Below, piece after piece: positions 1-8,715 of a DNA stretch of 41,513 nt. A program made the translations under genes and the position numbers. The DNA is taken from the NCBI GenBank assembly GCA_964650365.1, contig CAZYTR010000090.1, forward strand, positions 1-41,513. The letters run 5' to 3'. Source of the DNA: an uncultured Alcaligenaceae bacterium. Lineage in GTDB: Bacteria > Pseudomonadota > Gammaproteobacteria > Burkholderiales > JACQAP01. The notes beneath the pieces were generated by a model. The model searched no databases. It saw only the letters and a list, made by a program, of their open reading frames with translations, and was not told the origin of the DNA. The number at the start of each line of letters is the position of its first letter. Position 1 is the stretch's first letter.

Positions 1-24
1 CTGTTTCGGCGTCATGCTCGATAG

Positions 25-318
25 CTAGAGGAAGGGCCCGATCCCGCGACTCGTGTGCCAAAGCGCCAGCACTTCAACTTGGCCACTGCGGACACGGTAG
101 TAAAGGTAATAGTGAACTCGCGCGAGATGCACGCGCCGGACGCCCTCCGCCCGGACATTTGACGCTAGCACGCCAATGCCAGGTTCGGCACTCAAGACGG
201 TGAACGCCTCCGCAAGCTCTTGGTCCAGGGCTTCGGGCGCAAGAGGGCGATTCTGGTCCCACCACAAAGCAGCGCGGTCGATCTGCGCTTGGGCTCGCCT
301 TGTAACTCGAACTTTCAC
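25..318 (-). CDS. parE: ParE/RelE-superfamily type II toxin
   Basis: 97-aa ORF with a GTG start at 318. Its size and sequence pattern (MKVRVTRRAQAQIDRAALWW...VEVLALWHTSR) are typical of ParE-like plasmid-stabilisation toxins. It starts 7 nt after the stop of a small antitoxin-like ORF. Confidence 0.7.
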   Translation of the reverse strand: MKVRVTRRAQAQIDRAALWWDQNRPLAPEALDQELAEAFTVLSAEPGIGVLASNVRAEGVRRVHLARVHYYLYYRVRSGQVEVLALWHTSRGIGPFL

Positions 319-325
319 GGCCTAT

Positions 326-550
326 TCAGCCGTGACGACGGGCAAGCTTCGCGAGCACCTCTTCGGCGGAAACCGTTTCCCCACGATCGGCCTCAGCGAT
401 AGAAAGCAGCAGTTCGGCCTCCTCCTCAGGGGTAAGGGTAAACCCGCCCAGGCCGTCTCTGGCCAAAACCGTCACCGACGCACCCTCTTCCAGCGTTACG
501 CCTTCGACTACAACCTTGCCGCCGACAACCTTTCCGGTAGCTATCTTCAT
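326..550 (-). CDS. putative antitoxin of the ParE-like toxin
   Basis: The internal ATG at 550 (MKIATGKVVGG...) gives a 74-aa acidic protein immediately upstream of the toxin, in classic antitoxin-then-toxin order. The ORF-track start at 652 adds an implausible N-terminus. Confidence 0.5.
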   Translation of the reverse strand: MKIATGKVVGGKVVVEGVTLEEGASVTVLARDGLGGFTLTPEEEAELLLSIAEADRGETVSAEEVLAKLARRHG

Positions 551-724
551 GGTGAAAAGGATACTCCGATCCGCGACCATCGTGGACTCACGCCGAACGC
601 CCACGCTAACCTTCCGCCGCTGCGCGCAGCGCGGCGGGAACCCAAGAACCACGCTCTTGGGCGGTCAGGTACAGCGCGCTGGTCGGGCGTCATTGCTGGA
701 TCACCGCGTCAGGACAGCGGTGCA

Positions 725-1732
725 TCATCGAAGCACGTCGTCAGCGCGCAGCAGGATCGACTGCGGGATCATGATCCCAAGGGTCTTGGCCGTCTTGAGG
801 TTGACGACGAACTCGAATTTGGTCGGCTGCTCAATGGGCAAATCGCCTGGCTTCATGCCCTTGAGGATCCTATCGACGTACCCGGCTGATCGGCGGAACA
901 AGTCCGCGTAGCTCGCCCCATAGGACATCAGCGCGCCTTCGTCAACGTATTCCCTCTGCCCGAACGTGGTTGGCAGCCGGGCCTGTAAGGCCAGTTTGGC
1001 AATCGTCGTTCGATGGAGATCGAAGAAAGGATCGTCGATCACGTACAGTGCCTGGGCGCGCGCTTGGCGGACAGCCGACGATACTGAACCGAACTGCTCG
1101 GGTGTGCGCACACCCACGAAACTCAGTTTGATCGACAGCGAGGGCGCTACCGCCTTGAGATCCTCGATCACCTTCGGGTGGTACGGCGTGTCTGGATTCC
1201 ACAGGACTGCGACCCGGGAGAGCCGTGGGATCGTCTCCTTGATCAGTTGCAGCCGCTTAGCGCTGAGGTCCACCGTCAGTTGCGAGAGCCCGGTGACGTT
1301 GCCGCCAGGATGCGCGAGGTTCGTGACCAGGCCGGATCCGACTGGGTCAGCGACGAGGGCCATGACGATTGGGATTGTGGACGTGGAACGCTTGGCCACC
1401 TGGGTTGTAACCGTACTGTCCACGACGATCGCATCGACTTTGCTCTGGACCAAGTCGGCGACCAACTCCGGTACCCGAGCGTAATCACCGTTGGCGTATC
1501 GCCACTCGATCACCACATCGCGTCCCTCGACGTATCCTGCGTCCTGTAACCCGCGCCGGAACTGCTGCGGCTCCTTGCTCTCGGGTGAGAAGCCCACGAG
1601 AAGGACTCCGATGCGTCGCGGCGATGCCCGCTGCTGAGCGCGGGCACCGTGCGGCACAACTGCGATCGCGGAGCTGGCGGCCAGTGCGGCAACACTGCTC
1701 ACAAACGCTCGGCGAGAAAGTCGTCGGATCAC
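725..1732 (-). CDS. ABC transporter substrate-binding protein (ABC_sub_bind/PF04392-like), orphan
   Basis: 335 aa with a GTG start preceded by GAGGTG. It has a Tat/Sec-like signal (MIRRLSRRAFVSSVAALAASSAIA). Motifs such as RIGVL...GYVEGRDVVIEWRYA...KVDAIVV...IPIVMA...NVTG...LPIEQPTKFEFVVNLKTAK are characteristic of this family. No permease or ATPase gene is adjacent. Confidence 0.8.
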   Translation of the reverse strand: MIRRLSRRAFVSSVAALAASSAIAVVPHGARAQQRASPRRIGVLLVGFSPESKEPQQFRRGLQDAGYVEGRDVVIEWRYANGDYARVPELVADLVQSKVDAIVVDSTVTTQVAKRSTSTIPIVMALVADPVGSGLVTNLAHPGGNVTGLSQLTVDLSAKRLQLIKETIPRLSRVAVLWNPDTPYHPKVIEDLKAVAPSLSIKLSFVGVRTPEQFGSVSSAVRQARAQALYVIDDPFFDLHRTTIAKLALQARLPTTFGQREYVDEGALMSYGASYADLFRRSAGYVDRILKGMKPGDLPIEQPTKFEFVVNLKTAKTLGIMIPQSILLRADDVLR

Positions 1733-1999
1733 TCTGTCACCTCATCGGTGCACAGTACGCCCAGATGACTCAGCTCCACGCCCGCCTCCTTCGTGACGCC
1801 AGACGTCAATTCGACTGCCTATATTGAAGCGTATTAAAGCACCTCGGGCCTCGGCCTTCCACCATCTTCTTATTTTGGTGCGATTTTTGATGACCGATAT
1901 TCAGCGCAACTCTCGTCAGGCGGCATCCTTGACAGCAATCATAGGAAATAGGACGAGCCAAAGGCGCCGCCATACCTCCGGCACGATAAAATCAGAACT

Positions 2000-2605
2000 A
2001 TGGACGCATGGCTTTTCTGGAAATCGCTCGCCATCGGCGTCGCGGTTGCCGCTCCGGTCGGCCCGATGAGCCTGCTGTGCATACATCGCACGCTGGACCA
2101 TGGACGGCCCGCCGGACTGACGTTCGGGACCGGCATCGCGGCTGCCGACCTCACCTATGCGGCGATCGCAGCGTTCGGCATAACTGCCGTGTCATCGCTG
2201 CTGCTGGCCGGCACCGTCTCGATCAAGCTGATCGGATCGCTGTTGCTGATCGTGCTGGGCGTCAAAATCGCCCTCGCGCGGCCGGTTGCCGATTCGCGGA
2301 AATCCGTCGCCGGGTCCGCGCTGCGCGCATTTGCGACCGCTTACGGCCTGACGCTCGCCAATCCGCCGACCATCCTGTTCTTCGCCGGCATCTTTGCATC
2401 GGTTGCGTCTTTGGCCACCGCTTCGCAGTCCGTCGTCTTCTCCATGGGCGTATTCGCGGGCTCGATGCTGTGGTGGATCGTCCTCACCACGCTGGTCACC
2501 CGGTCGGCCGCGCTGATGAAGCCACCGGTCATGGCCTGGATCAATCGCGCTTCCGGCCTTGTGTTGCTCGGTTTCGCCGTTTATGGACTGGCAACACTGG
2601 CGTAA
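2000..2605 (+). CDS. LysE/RhtB-family amino-acid exporter
   Basis: 201-aa polytopic membrane protein. The N-terminus (LAIGVAVAAPVGPMSLLCI...G) is typical of LysE-type translocators. Confidence 0.8.
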   Translation: MDAWLFWKSLAIGVAVAAPVGPMSLLCIHRTLDHGRPAGLTFGTGIAAADLTYAAIAAFGITAVSSLLLAGTVSIKLIGSLLLIVLGVKIALARPVADSRKSVAGSALRAFATAYGLTLANPPTILFFAGIFASVASLATASQSVVFSMGVFAGSMLWWIVLTTLVTRSAALMKPPVMAWINRASGLVLLGFAVYGLATLA

Positions 2606-2677
2606 ACAATACTAAATGGCTATCCCCTGCGACGGTTAAACTCCGGTCGTGCTGAAGGGAATGCCACCGAGGTCAAT

Positions 2678-3874
2678 TTGCGCTGTTCACTGCTGCTGTT
2701 ATTGATTGCCTGGTCGGCGGCGGGTGTCGCCCGCGGTGACTTCCTGCTCGCACCCGAAAGCCCGACGGTCGCTCCCGGTGGCCAGATCGAGGTGACGTTG
2801 TTTCTTCCGAACGATTCTGCAGAGGAACAAAGTTTCGACTTGCCAGCGCGGCTCACGCTGCGTCCTCGCGGCAGAACAGACGCGCCGGCGGTGGTGCTCG
2901 AGGCGATCGCGCCGCGACAGGATCGAGTGCGGCTCGCGCCCGGCGCGTTTCATCGCGCGCGCTATGCCGGCACGCTGCCCGAGGGTCTGGTCGGCGAGAT
3001 CGTGCTGGAGCCGGTGGACTTCAAGGGCTCGCCGCTGGCGTTCAGTATCAGTGCGCCCGAAGTCGTGCCCTCACCGGAGCCGCCGCCATCCGCGGCTGCG
3101 CAGGCTACGTCCGCTGCGGAAACGCCTGCACCCGCCGCGGCGCTCGATCCGGACGCCGCCAGATTCGCCTCCGCGTTTTCGCCTTACGAGCCGAATTACA
3201 TCTCGGCAGGCTCGAACGGGCCGACCAACGCACGCTATCAAGTCAGCCTCAAGTTCCGCTTCTTCAATCCGAATTCCAAGACGCCGTTGCTGGAGAAGAT
3301 CTACCTCGGCTACTCGCAGAACTCGATCTGGGATCTTGATTCGGACTCCAAGCCATTCCACGATTCCAATTATCGACCGAGCCTGTTCTTCCTCGACGAC
3401 ACGGTATCGCAATGGACTTTCAGGGGAACAAAGCTGGGATTCCAGGGCGGATACGAGCACGAGTCGAACGGCGAGGACGGCAGCTCTTCGCGCTCTATCA
3501 GCATTGCCTTCGTGCGGCCCACGCTCACCTTTCCACTCGAGGGCGACTATTTCATCTCGGTCTCGCCAAAGATATACGACTACCTCGAAGATGAGGAGAA
3601 TCCGGACATCTCGGAGTACCGCGGGTATGTGGACTTGCTGGTAAAGATCGGCGAAACGGATGGATTGCAGCTCGCCTCGACGCTGCGCAAGGGCACGCGT
3701 TCCGAAGCGTACAGCTTCCAGCTGGACGCGTCCTACCCTCTGAAGAAGCCGACATTCGGCAACCTGGGTGGATACCTTCATTTGCAGTACTTCAGCGGCT
3801 ACGGCGAAAGCCTGATCGATTACAACCAGCACGTGCACAACCAATTCCGCATCGGTCTGATGATCACGCGCTAA
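2678..3874 (+). CDS. pldA: outer-membrane phospholipase A1 (OMPLA) with N-terminal extra domain
   Basis: TTG start and signal peptide MRCSLLLLLIAWSAAGVARG. The C-terminal ~230 aa carries OMPLA hallmarks (YEPNY, YLGYSQNSIWD, HESNG catalytic motif, C-terminal FRIGLMI). About 145 residues, including a Pro/Ala linker, precede the core. Confidence 0.85.
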   Translation: MRCSLLLLLIAWSAAGVARGDFLLAPESPTVAPGGQIEVTLFLPNDSAEEQSFDLPARLTLRPRGRTDAPAVVLEAIAPRQDRVRLAPGAFHRARYAGTLPEGLVGEIVLEPVDFKGSPLAFSISAPEVVPSPEPPPSAAAQATSAAETPAPAAALDPDAARFASAFSPYEPNYISAGSNGPTNARYQVSLKFRFFNPNSKTPLLEKIYLGYSQNSIWDLDSDSKPFHDSNYRPSLFFLDDTVSQWTFRGTKLGFQGGYEHESNGEDGSSSRSISIAFVRPTLTFPLEGDYFISVSPKIYDYLEDEENPDISEYRGYVDLLVKIGETDGLQLASTLRKGTRSEAYSFQLDASYPLKKPTFGNLGGYLHLQYFSGYGESLIDYNQHVHNQFRIGLMITR

Positions 3875-3927
3875 CGTCGAAACGCGCTGGCATCGGGCGC
3901 TATACTCACGCATCATCGGAACGAGAC

Positions 3928-5337
3928 ATGAGTAGCGCGACCACCATGGGCAACAAACGCAGGAATTTTCTCAAGACTGCAAGTCTGGGCGGAGCGCTCG
4001 CCGCCGCCGGTTGGCTGGCTGCGGCAGGGGAATTGCAATTGGTGGCGCTGTCGGGCGGCGCTTTCACGGTACAGGACCAATCCGACCAGGCGTACTCAGC
4101 TCCCGGCCCCACGCTCAGCTCCGAACAGCTTCAGCAGTTCGCCAACGGCAGGTCGGAGTTCCACCAACGCTGGGTGGTGCCGCTCGCAATCGGCGGCAAC
4201 TGGGGCCGCGGTCCGACATCGAACGGCGAGGTTTGCGCCGACTGCCATGCCGGCAACGGTCGCGGCCGGCCGCCCGAATACGAAGACGATGAATCGGTCT
4301 CGATGCTGGTAAGGCTTTCGCGGCCCGGAGAAGACGAACACGGCGGTCCGAGGCCGCATCCGCATTACGGCGACCAGCTCCAGCAACAGGGCGTACTCGG
4401 CAAGGTGCCACCGGAAGGCCACGTCACCATGGCTTGGCGCGAACACGAGGTTGAAATCGCAGGCGGCGACACAATGCGTTTGCGCTTCCCGGACGTGCGC
4501 TTCAGCAAGCTCGCTTTCGGTCCGCTCGGAGCCGAAATCCTGATCTCGCCGCGAGTCGCCCCGCCGGTGTTCGGTATGGGACTGCTCGAAGCAATCCCGG
4601 AGGAAACGCTGCTAGATATCGCGCGCCGGCAGGCGGCGCTGGGCTTCAACGGGCGTCCGAATTACGTCTGGGATGCCGACAAACGGGTCGTGGCGCTGGG
4701 GCGCTTCGGCTGGAAAGCCGGGCAACCCACGCTCAGACAGCAGAACGCCGCCGCGTTCCTGAACGACATGGGGGTCACGACGCGCATGTTCCCGCGGGCC
4801 AATTGCCCGCCGGTGCAGAAGGCGTGCAACAACAGTCCGGGAATCGGCACTCCGGAACAGGCCGACCGGCCGTTCGATTCGCTGAACTTCTACATTCGTG
4901 CGCTCGCCGTGCCGGCGCGGCGCAATCTCGACGATGCCAGAGTGGCGCGCGGCGAGAAGCTGTTCGGGGAGGCGCGGTGCGCGGTTTGCCATGTCCCGGA
5001 AGTACACACCGGCGACTACCCGGCATTGCCGCAGATTGCCCACCAGGTAATCCGCCCCTACTCCGACCTGCTACTGCACGACATGGGCGAAGGACTCGCC
5101 GACGGCCGGCCGGATTACCGCGCCGGACCGCGCGACTGGCGCACGCCGCCGCTGTGGGGCATCGGTCTGAGCGAGAAAGTGAATGGCAACGCGATGCTGT
5201 TGCACGACGGCCGGGCGCGCAATTTTGCCGAAGCGATTCTCTGGCATGGCGGCGAGGCCGCGGCAGCGCGCGACGCCTTCCGCACTATGCCCAAACAGGA
5301 ACGCGAGGCCCTGCTCGCCTTTCTCGCATCACTTTGA
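3928..5337 (+). CDS. di-heme cytochrome c-type oxidoreductase, DUF1111 family (putative peroxidase/thiol oxidoreductase)
   Basis: Twin-arginine signal (KRRNFLKTASLGGALAAAG) and two CxxCH motifs (CADCH, CAVCH). Length and conserved blocks (GRFGWKA, PPLWG) fit DUF1111. Confidence 0.8.
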   Translation: MSSATTMGNKRRNFLKTASLGGALAAAGWLAAAGELQLVALSGGAFTVQDQSDQAYSAPGPTLSSEQLQQFANGRSEFHQRWVVPLAIGGNWGRGPTSNGEVCADCHAGNGRGRPPEYEDDESVSMLVRLSRPGEDEHGGPRPHPHYGDQLQQQGVLGKVPPEGHVTMAWREHEVEIAGGDTMRLRFPDVRFSKLAFGPLGAEILISPRVAPPVFGMGLLEAIPEETLLDIARRQAALGFNGRPNYVWDADKRVVALGRFGWKAGQPTLRQQNAAAFLNDMGVTTRMFPRANCPPVQKACNNSPGIGTPEQADRPFDSLNFYIRALAVPARRNLDDARVARGEKLFGEARCAVCHVPEVHTGDYPALPQIAHQVIRPYSDLLLHDMGEGLADGRPDYRAGPRDWRTPPLWGIGLSEKVNGNAMLLHDGRARNFAEAILWHGGEAAAARDAFRTMPKQEREALLAFLASL

Positions 5338-5354
5338 CGATTGAGGGAACCACC

Positions 5355-5771
5355 ATGCGTCTCGTTCTTGCCGCCGCAGCCACTGTCTTCGCACTCAACG
5401 CCCGTGCCGAGGTAATCTGTCCCGACTCGCTCGAAGTGCGGCAGCAGGCCGTCACACCCTCGGCGGACTGGAGTCTGACTTACACGGACCCGCCGCTGAA
5501 GCTCACCGGCGTGACCGTGTTCGACGGACCGCCTTCGCAGAAGCACAAGGTCAAACCTTATTCCACCAGGAGCACGCTGGGAGAATTACGCATCTCCTGG
5601 CGTCTTCCGGAGAGTCGGCGCAATTTCCACCTAATGTGTACTTACGAACGCACCTCGGCCAACCTGGTGACAGTGTTGCCGCCGGGCGTGACCGGCTGCA
5701 CCGCCGTATTCGACCCTCGCGTTTTGTACGGGCGTGACGGCCACGCAGTGAAACGAATGGTGTGCAACTGA
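5355..5771 (+). CDS. small exported hypothetical protein
   Basis: An ATG at 5355, 15 nt after the DUF1111 stop codon, gives 138 aa with signal peptide MRLVLAAAATVFALNARA and four Cys. The longer ORF-track start (4803) overlaps the upstream gene out of frame. Confidence 0.5.
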   Translation: MRLVLAAAATVFALNARAEVICPDSLEVRQQAVTPSADWSLTYTDPPLKLTGVTVFDGPPSQKHKVKPYSTRSTLGELRISWRLPESRRNFHLMCTYERTSANLVTVLPPGVTGCTAVFDPRVLYGRDGHAVKRMVCN

Positions 5772-5834
5772 CCGCCCGCCACGTCCCGCGGCACGCGGTG
5801 ATAGACTGCGCTCATTCCTGCACCGAGAATTCCC

Positions 5835-6500
5835 ATGACCCTGATGATTGACGTGATATCCGACGTGGTATGCCCGTGGTGCTTCATCGGCAAGCGCCAC
5901 CTCGAATCCGCACTCGCGGCGTGGCGCAGGGATCATCCTGGCGAAGAACGACCTCAAGTGCGCTGGCACCCCTTCCAGCTGAATCCGCAATTGCCCCGCA
6001 GCGGCATACCGCGCGCCGAGTACATCGCGACAAAATTCGGCGGCCCACAGCGTGCGAAGGAGATCTACGCCAGGGTCGCGAATGCCGGTGCACGTGCCGG
6101 CATCGTCTTCGACTTCGACAGGATAACGGTACAGCCAAACACTCTGAACGCACATCGGCTGATTCATCATGCGGGCGCCGCAGGCAAGCAGGATGCGATG
6201 GCGGAGGCGTTGTTCCAGGCCTACTTCCTCGAAGGCGCCGATCTGACGCGCGACGACGTGCTCGCCGATATCGCCGCGCGCGCCGGCTTCGACCGCAACG
6301 AGATCAGCGCCTACCTCGCCAGTGACGAGGACAGCGCGCTCATCGAGGACCAGGATCAGCACGCGCGATCGCTCGGCGTCGAAGGCGTGCCTTTCTTTAT
6401 TTTCAACCGGCGCTATGCCGTTTCCGGTGCGCAGCCGCCCGATGCTATCCTCGATGTGATGGCGAAAACGCAGGAGGAACTTGCTGCGGTGCCGCAATAG
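5835..6500 (+). CDS. DsbA-family oxidoreductase (FrnE/2-hydroxychromene-2-carboxylate isomerase-like)
   Basis: 221 aa with the N-terminal motif IDVISDVVCPWCFIGKRHLE (CPWC thioredoxin-fold active site), typical of the FrnE-like DsbA subgroup. Confidence 0.85.
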   Translation: MTLMIDVISDVVCPWCFIGKRHLESALAAWRRDHPGEERPQVRWHPFQLNPQLPRSGIPRAEYIATKFGGPQRAKEIYARVANAGARAGIVFDFDRITVQPNTLNAHRLIHHAGAAGKQDAMAEALFQAYFLEGADLTRDDVLADIAARAGFDRNEISAYLASDEDSALIEDQDQHARSLGVEGVPFFIFNRRYAVSGAQPPDAILDVMAKTQEELAAVPQ

Positions 6501-6515
6501 GCGCCGAGATTACGG

Positions 6516-6544
6516 TTGATTCGGCATGGCGGTGGCGTTAGCAT
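6516..6544 (+). promoter_or_regulatory. candidate sigma70 promoter (TTGATT-N17-TAGCAT) for the small ORF at 6607
   Basis: The hexamers TTGATT (6516-6521) and TAGCAT (6539-6544) are separated by exactly 17 nt and lie ~60 nt upstream of the SD/ATG of the small ORF. Confidence 0.3.
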
Positions 6545-6606
6545 GCGGCCAAGAATAAAAGCACCAGGAACTGCGTGACCCTCAACTCCGACGAAGGAGG
6601 TGCACC

Positions 6607-6759
6607 ATGTGCTTTGAGTTCGAAGCCCTGTACTGGGCAAAGCTGGCCGAAGAAGATAGGCAAAAAAACGAAGCCGAAAAGCAGGCCAAACCGGTGAAGC
6701 CTGCGGAAATGAAACCGCAAGCACGGCCGGAATATGAGGAGGACCCGCTTCCTGTCTGA
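6607..6759 (+). CDS. small hypothetical protein (50 aa), below the ORF-track cutoff
   Basis: An ATG at 6607 lies 6 nt after the strong SD GGAGG (6596-6600). Translation: MCFEFEALYWAKLAEEDRQKNEAEKQAKPVKPAEMKPQARPEYEEDPLPV. A clean intrinsic terminator follows. Confidence 0.45.
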   Translation: MCFEFEALYWAKLAEEDRQKNEAEKQAKPVKPAEMKPQARPEYEEDPLPV

Positions 6760-6785
6760 AGCTGCGCTAGCCGATCGTCCGTTAC

Positions 6786-6818
6786 AAAACCCCGCGCAAG
6801 CGGGGTTTTTGTTTTTTG
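6786..6818 (+). terminator. rho-independent terminator
   Basis: Stem CCCCGC (6790-6795), loop GCAA, stem GCGGGG (6800-6805), followed by TTTTTGTTTTTTG. Confidence 0.7.
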
Positions 6819-6872
6819 CGCCTCGTGTTCCTGTGCCTTCGCCCGATGAGATAATCCACCGAAGCGAAATCC

Positions 6873-7724
6873 ATGAAGCTAATCACCTGGAACATCCAGT
6901 GGGGCCGCGGTATCGACCTCAAGGTCGATCTCGCGCGGATTGCGCGCACCGCCACTGAGATCGCCGACTTCGACATACTGTGCCTGCAGGAAGTGGCGGT
7001 GAATTTTCCGGCTCTGGCGGGAAGCGGCGGCGAAAACCAGGTCGAGGAATTGTCGCGTTTGCTGCCCGGCTACTCCGCGCATTACGGCATCGCCACCGAC
7101 GTGGATGACGGCCACGGCCACCGCAGCCACTTCGGCAATCTGATTCTTTCGCGACTGCCGGTGATCCAGGTCTTTCGTCATCTGCTTCCATGGCCGCCCG
7201 ACCCCGAGGTGCCGAGCATGCAGCGCATAGCCGTGGAAGGCATCGTGCAGGCCCGGTGGGGGCCACTGCGGGTAATGACCACGCACCTGGAGTATTACTC
7301 GGTGATGCAGCGAATGGCACAGGTCGAGGCACTGCGGCGACTGCATGAGGAAGCCTGCAGGCACGCAGCGTTCCCGCGACCCGCCGGAGAACCGGGCGAG
7401 CCTTTCGCCGCGCTGCCGCGCCCTGCGTCTGCAATCCTCACCGGCGATTTCAACTTCAAGCCGGACGCGCCCGAACATCAGCGCATGACCTCGGCATTCG
7501 GCGCGGTCGTGCCGCGCCTCATGGACGCCTGGGAAATCGCGCACCCGAAACAGCCCCACACACATACGGTCGGACTGCAGGAAAACGGCTGGGCCGAGCA
7601 CCCCTACTGCTGCGATTTCATTTTCGTGACCGACGATCTGGCGTCACGTGTTCGCACGGTCGCCGTGGATACGCAGACTCAGGCGTCGGACCATCAGCCC
7701 GTTCTGATCGAGTTGGCCGACTGA
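6873..7724 (+). CDS. endonuclease/exonuclease/phosphatase (EEP) family protein
   Basis: 283 aa. The N-terminal MKLITWNIQWG...DILCLQEV and C-terminal SDHQPV motifs are diagnostic of the EEP fold. Confidence 0.8.
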   Translation: MKLITWNIQWGRGIDLKVDLARIARTATEIADFDILCLQEVAVNFPALAGSGGENQVEELSRLLPGYSAHYGIATDVDDGHGHRSHFGNLILSRLPVIQVFRHLLPWPPDPEVPSMQRIAVEGIVQARWGPLRVMTTHLEYYSVMQRMAQVEALRRLHEEACRHAAFPRPAGEPGEPFAALPRPASAILTGDFNFKPDAPEHQRMTSAFGAVVPRLMDAWEIAHPKQPHTHTVGLQENGWAEHPYCCDFIFVTDDLASRVRTVAVDTQTQASDHQPVLIELAD

Positions 7725-7830
7725 AAGTTCGACCCTGCAGTTCCACGCTAGCCTAAACTGTGGGGGATGACCCTTGACACAGCCGGATCTCATAAGTGTT
7801 CGGCGGGCGTCCAACTTTAGAACTTCGGTC

Positions 7831-8469
7831 CTAGCTTGTATGCGTTTCGCAAATCAAGGCCGCGTGGTAAGTAAACAGGCTCGTTGCAAATCTCGGGAAG
7901 AATTGAAGCAGAAACTGCTTGACGTAGTAATTTAACAATCCTCTAGTTCCTTTCAGGTATGTGTACGTCGTCTTTGGCGCGTTGGTTACTAATTGGCCTG
8001 ATATCTCGAGGCCACAGGACTGAAGCAATCTTCTGATTGTCTTCAGAGAATAGAAGTTGATATGTCCAACCCTGTCAAAGGCGAAATCATTTGACAGGCT
8101 TATTGTGTCTTCGAGTGGAACCTCCACGAAAACGAACTTCGCTACGCGGGAAGCTTCATAAAGAAGGTGCCGCGGATGTTCGACGTGCTCAATCACGTGG
8201 CTCAGAATGGCAATGTCGAATTTGCCGTCCACATAGGGCACACGATAACCATCGAACAATCCACACTCGACTAATCGGGGAATTTCCTTTTTCCTGATTG
8301 TCTCGACGCCCGACGGGGAGATTTCCAGGGCGTAAAGATTTTTCCCGAAGTTCAATTCGGAAAGTCTTTTCAGGATAGATCCCTCTCCGGCCCCAATTTC
8401 CAGAACGGAATCCTGAGACAGGCTTTTGCAAAGCGAGACAATGTTGTCTGCCTTGCCGAGGGCGCCCAA
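7831..8469 (-). CDS. class I SAM-dependent methyltransferase (start codon uncertain, possibly defective)
   Basis: It has the VLEIGAGEGS SAM-binding motif and a Methyltransf_11-like layout, in a low-G+C context. The track start at 8469 is a TTG. The reading frame with methyltransferase-like N-terminal sequence (IKEITLSDRLKGNYQDYYEGGDSEWRRL) continues upstream to 8550 without any ATG/GTG/TTG. Confidence 0.65.
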   Translation of the reverse strand: MGALGKADNIVSLCKSLSQDSVLEIGAGEGSILKRLSELNFGKNLYALEISPSGVETIRKKEIPRLVECGLFDGYRVPYVDGKFDIAILSHVIEHVEHPRHLLYEASRVAKFVFVEVPLEDTISLSNDFAFDRVGHINFYSLKTIRRLLQSCGLEISGQLVTNAPKTTYTYLKGTRGLLNYYVKQFLLQFFPRFATSLFTYHAALICETHTS

Positions 8470-8636
8470 TCGACGCCATTCTGAATCTCCGCCTTCGTAG
8501 TAGTCCTGGTAATTACCCTTCAGGCGGTCACTTAGCGTGATTTCTTTAATCTGTTTGCCCCTTCAGGTAACAGGCAATTCAACGCCGCACGAGGGCATAA
8601 AAAAAGCGCGCGGTCAGGCTGTGAGATCGTAAGAGC

Positions 8637-8697
8637 GGGGTCAGGCCTGCATAATTGCATAACTGCAGAAATAATGCAATTATGCAGGCCTGACCCC
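8637..8697. repeat. perfect 24-bp inverted repeat (hairpin) with GGGGTCAGGCCTG...CAGGCCTGACCCC ends
   Basis: GGGGTCAGGCCTGCATAATTGCAT (8637-8660), a 13-nt loop, then ATGCAATTATGCAGGCCTGACCCC (8674-8697). A partial copy GGTCAGGCTG lies at 8612-8621 next to an A/T run. Confidence 0.85.
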
Positions 8698-8715
8698 ATG
8701 GGCGCTTGAATACCC

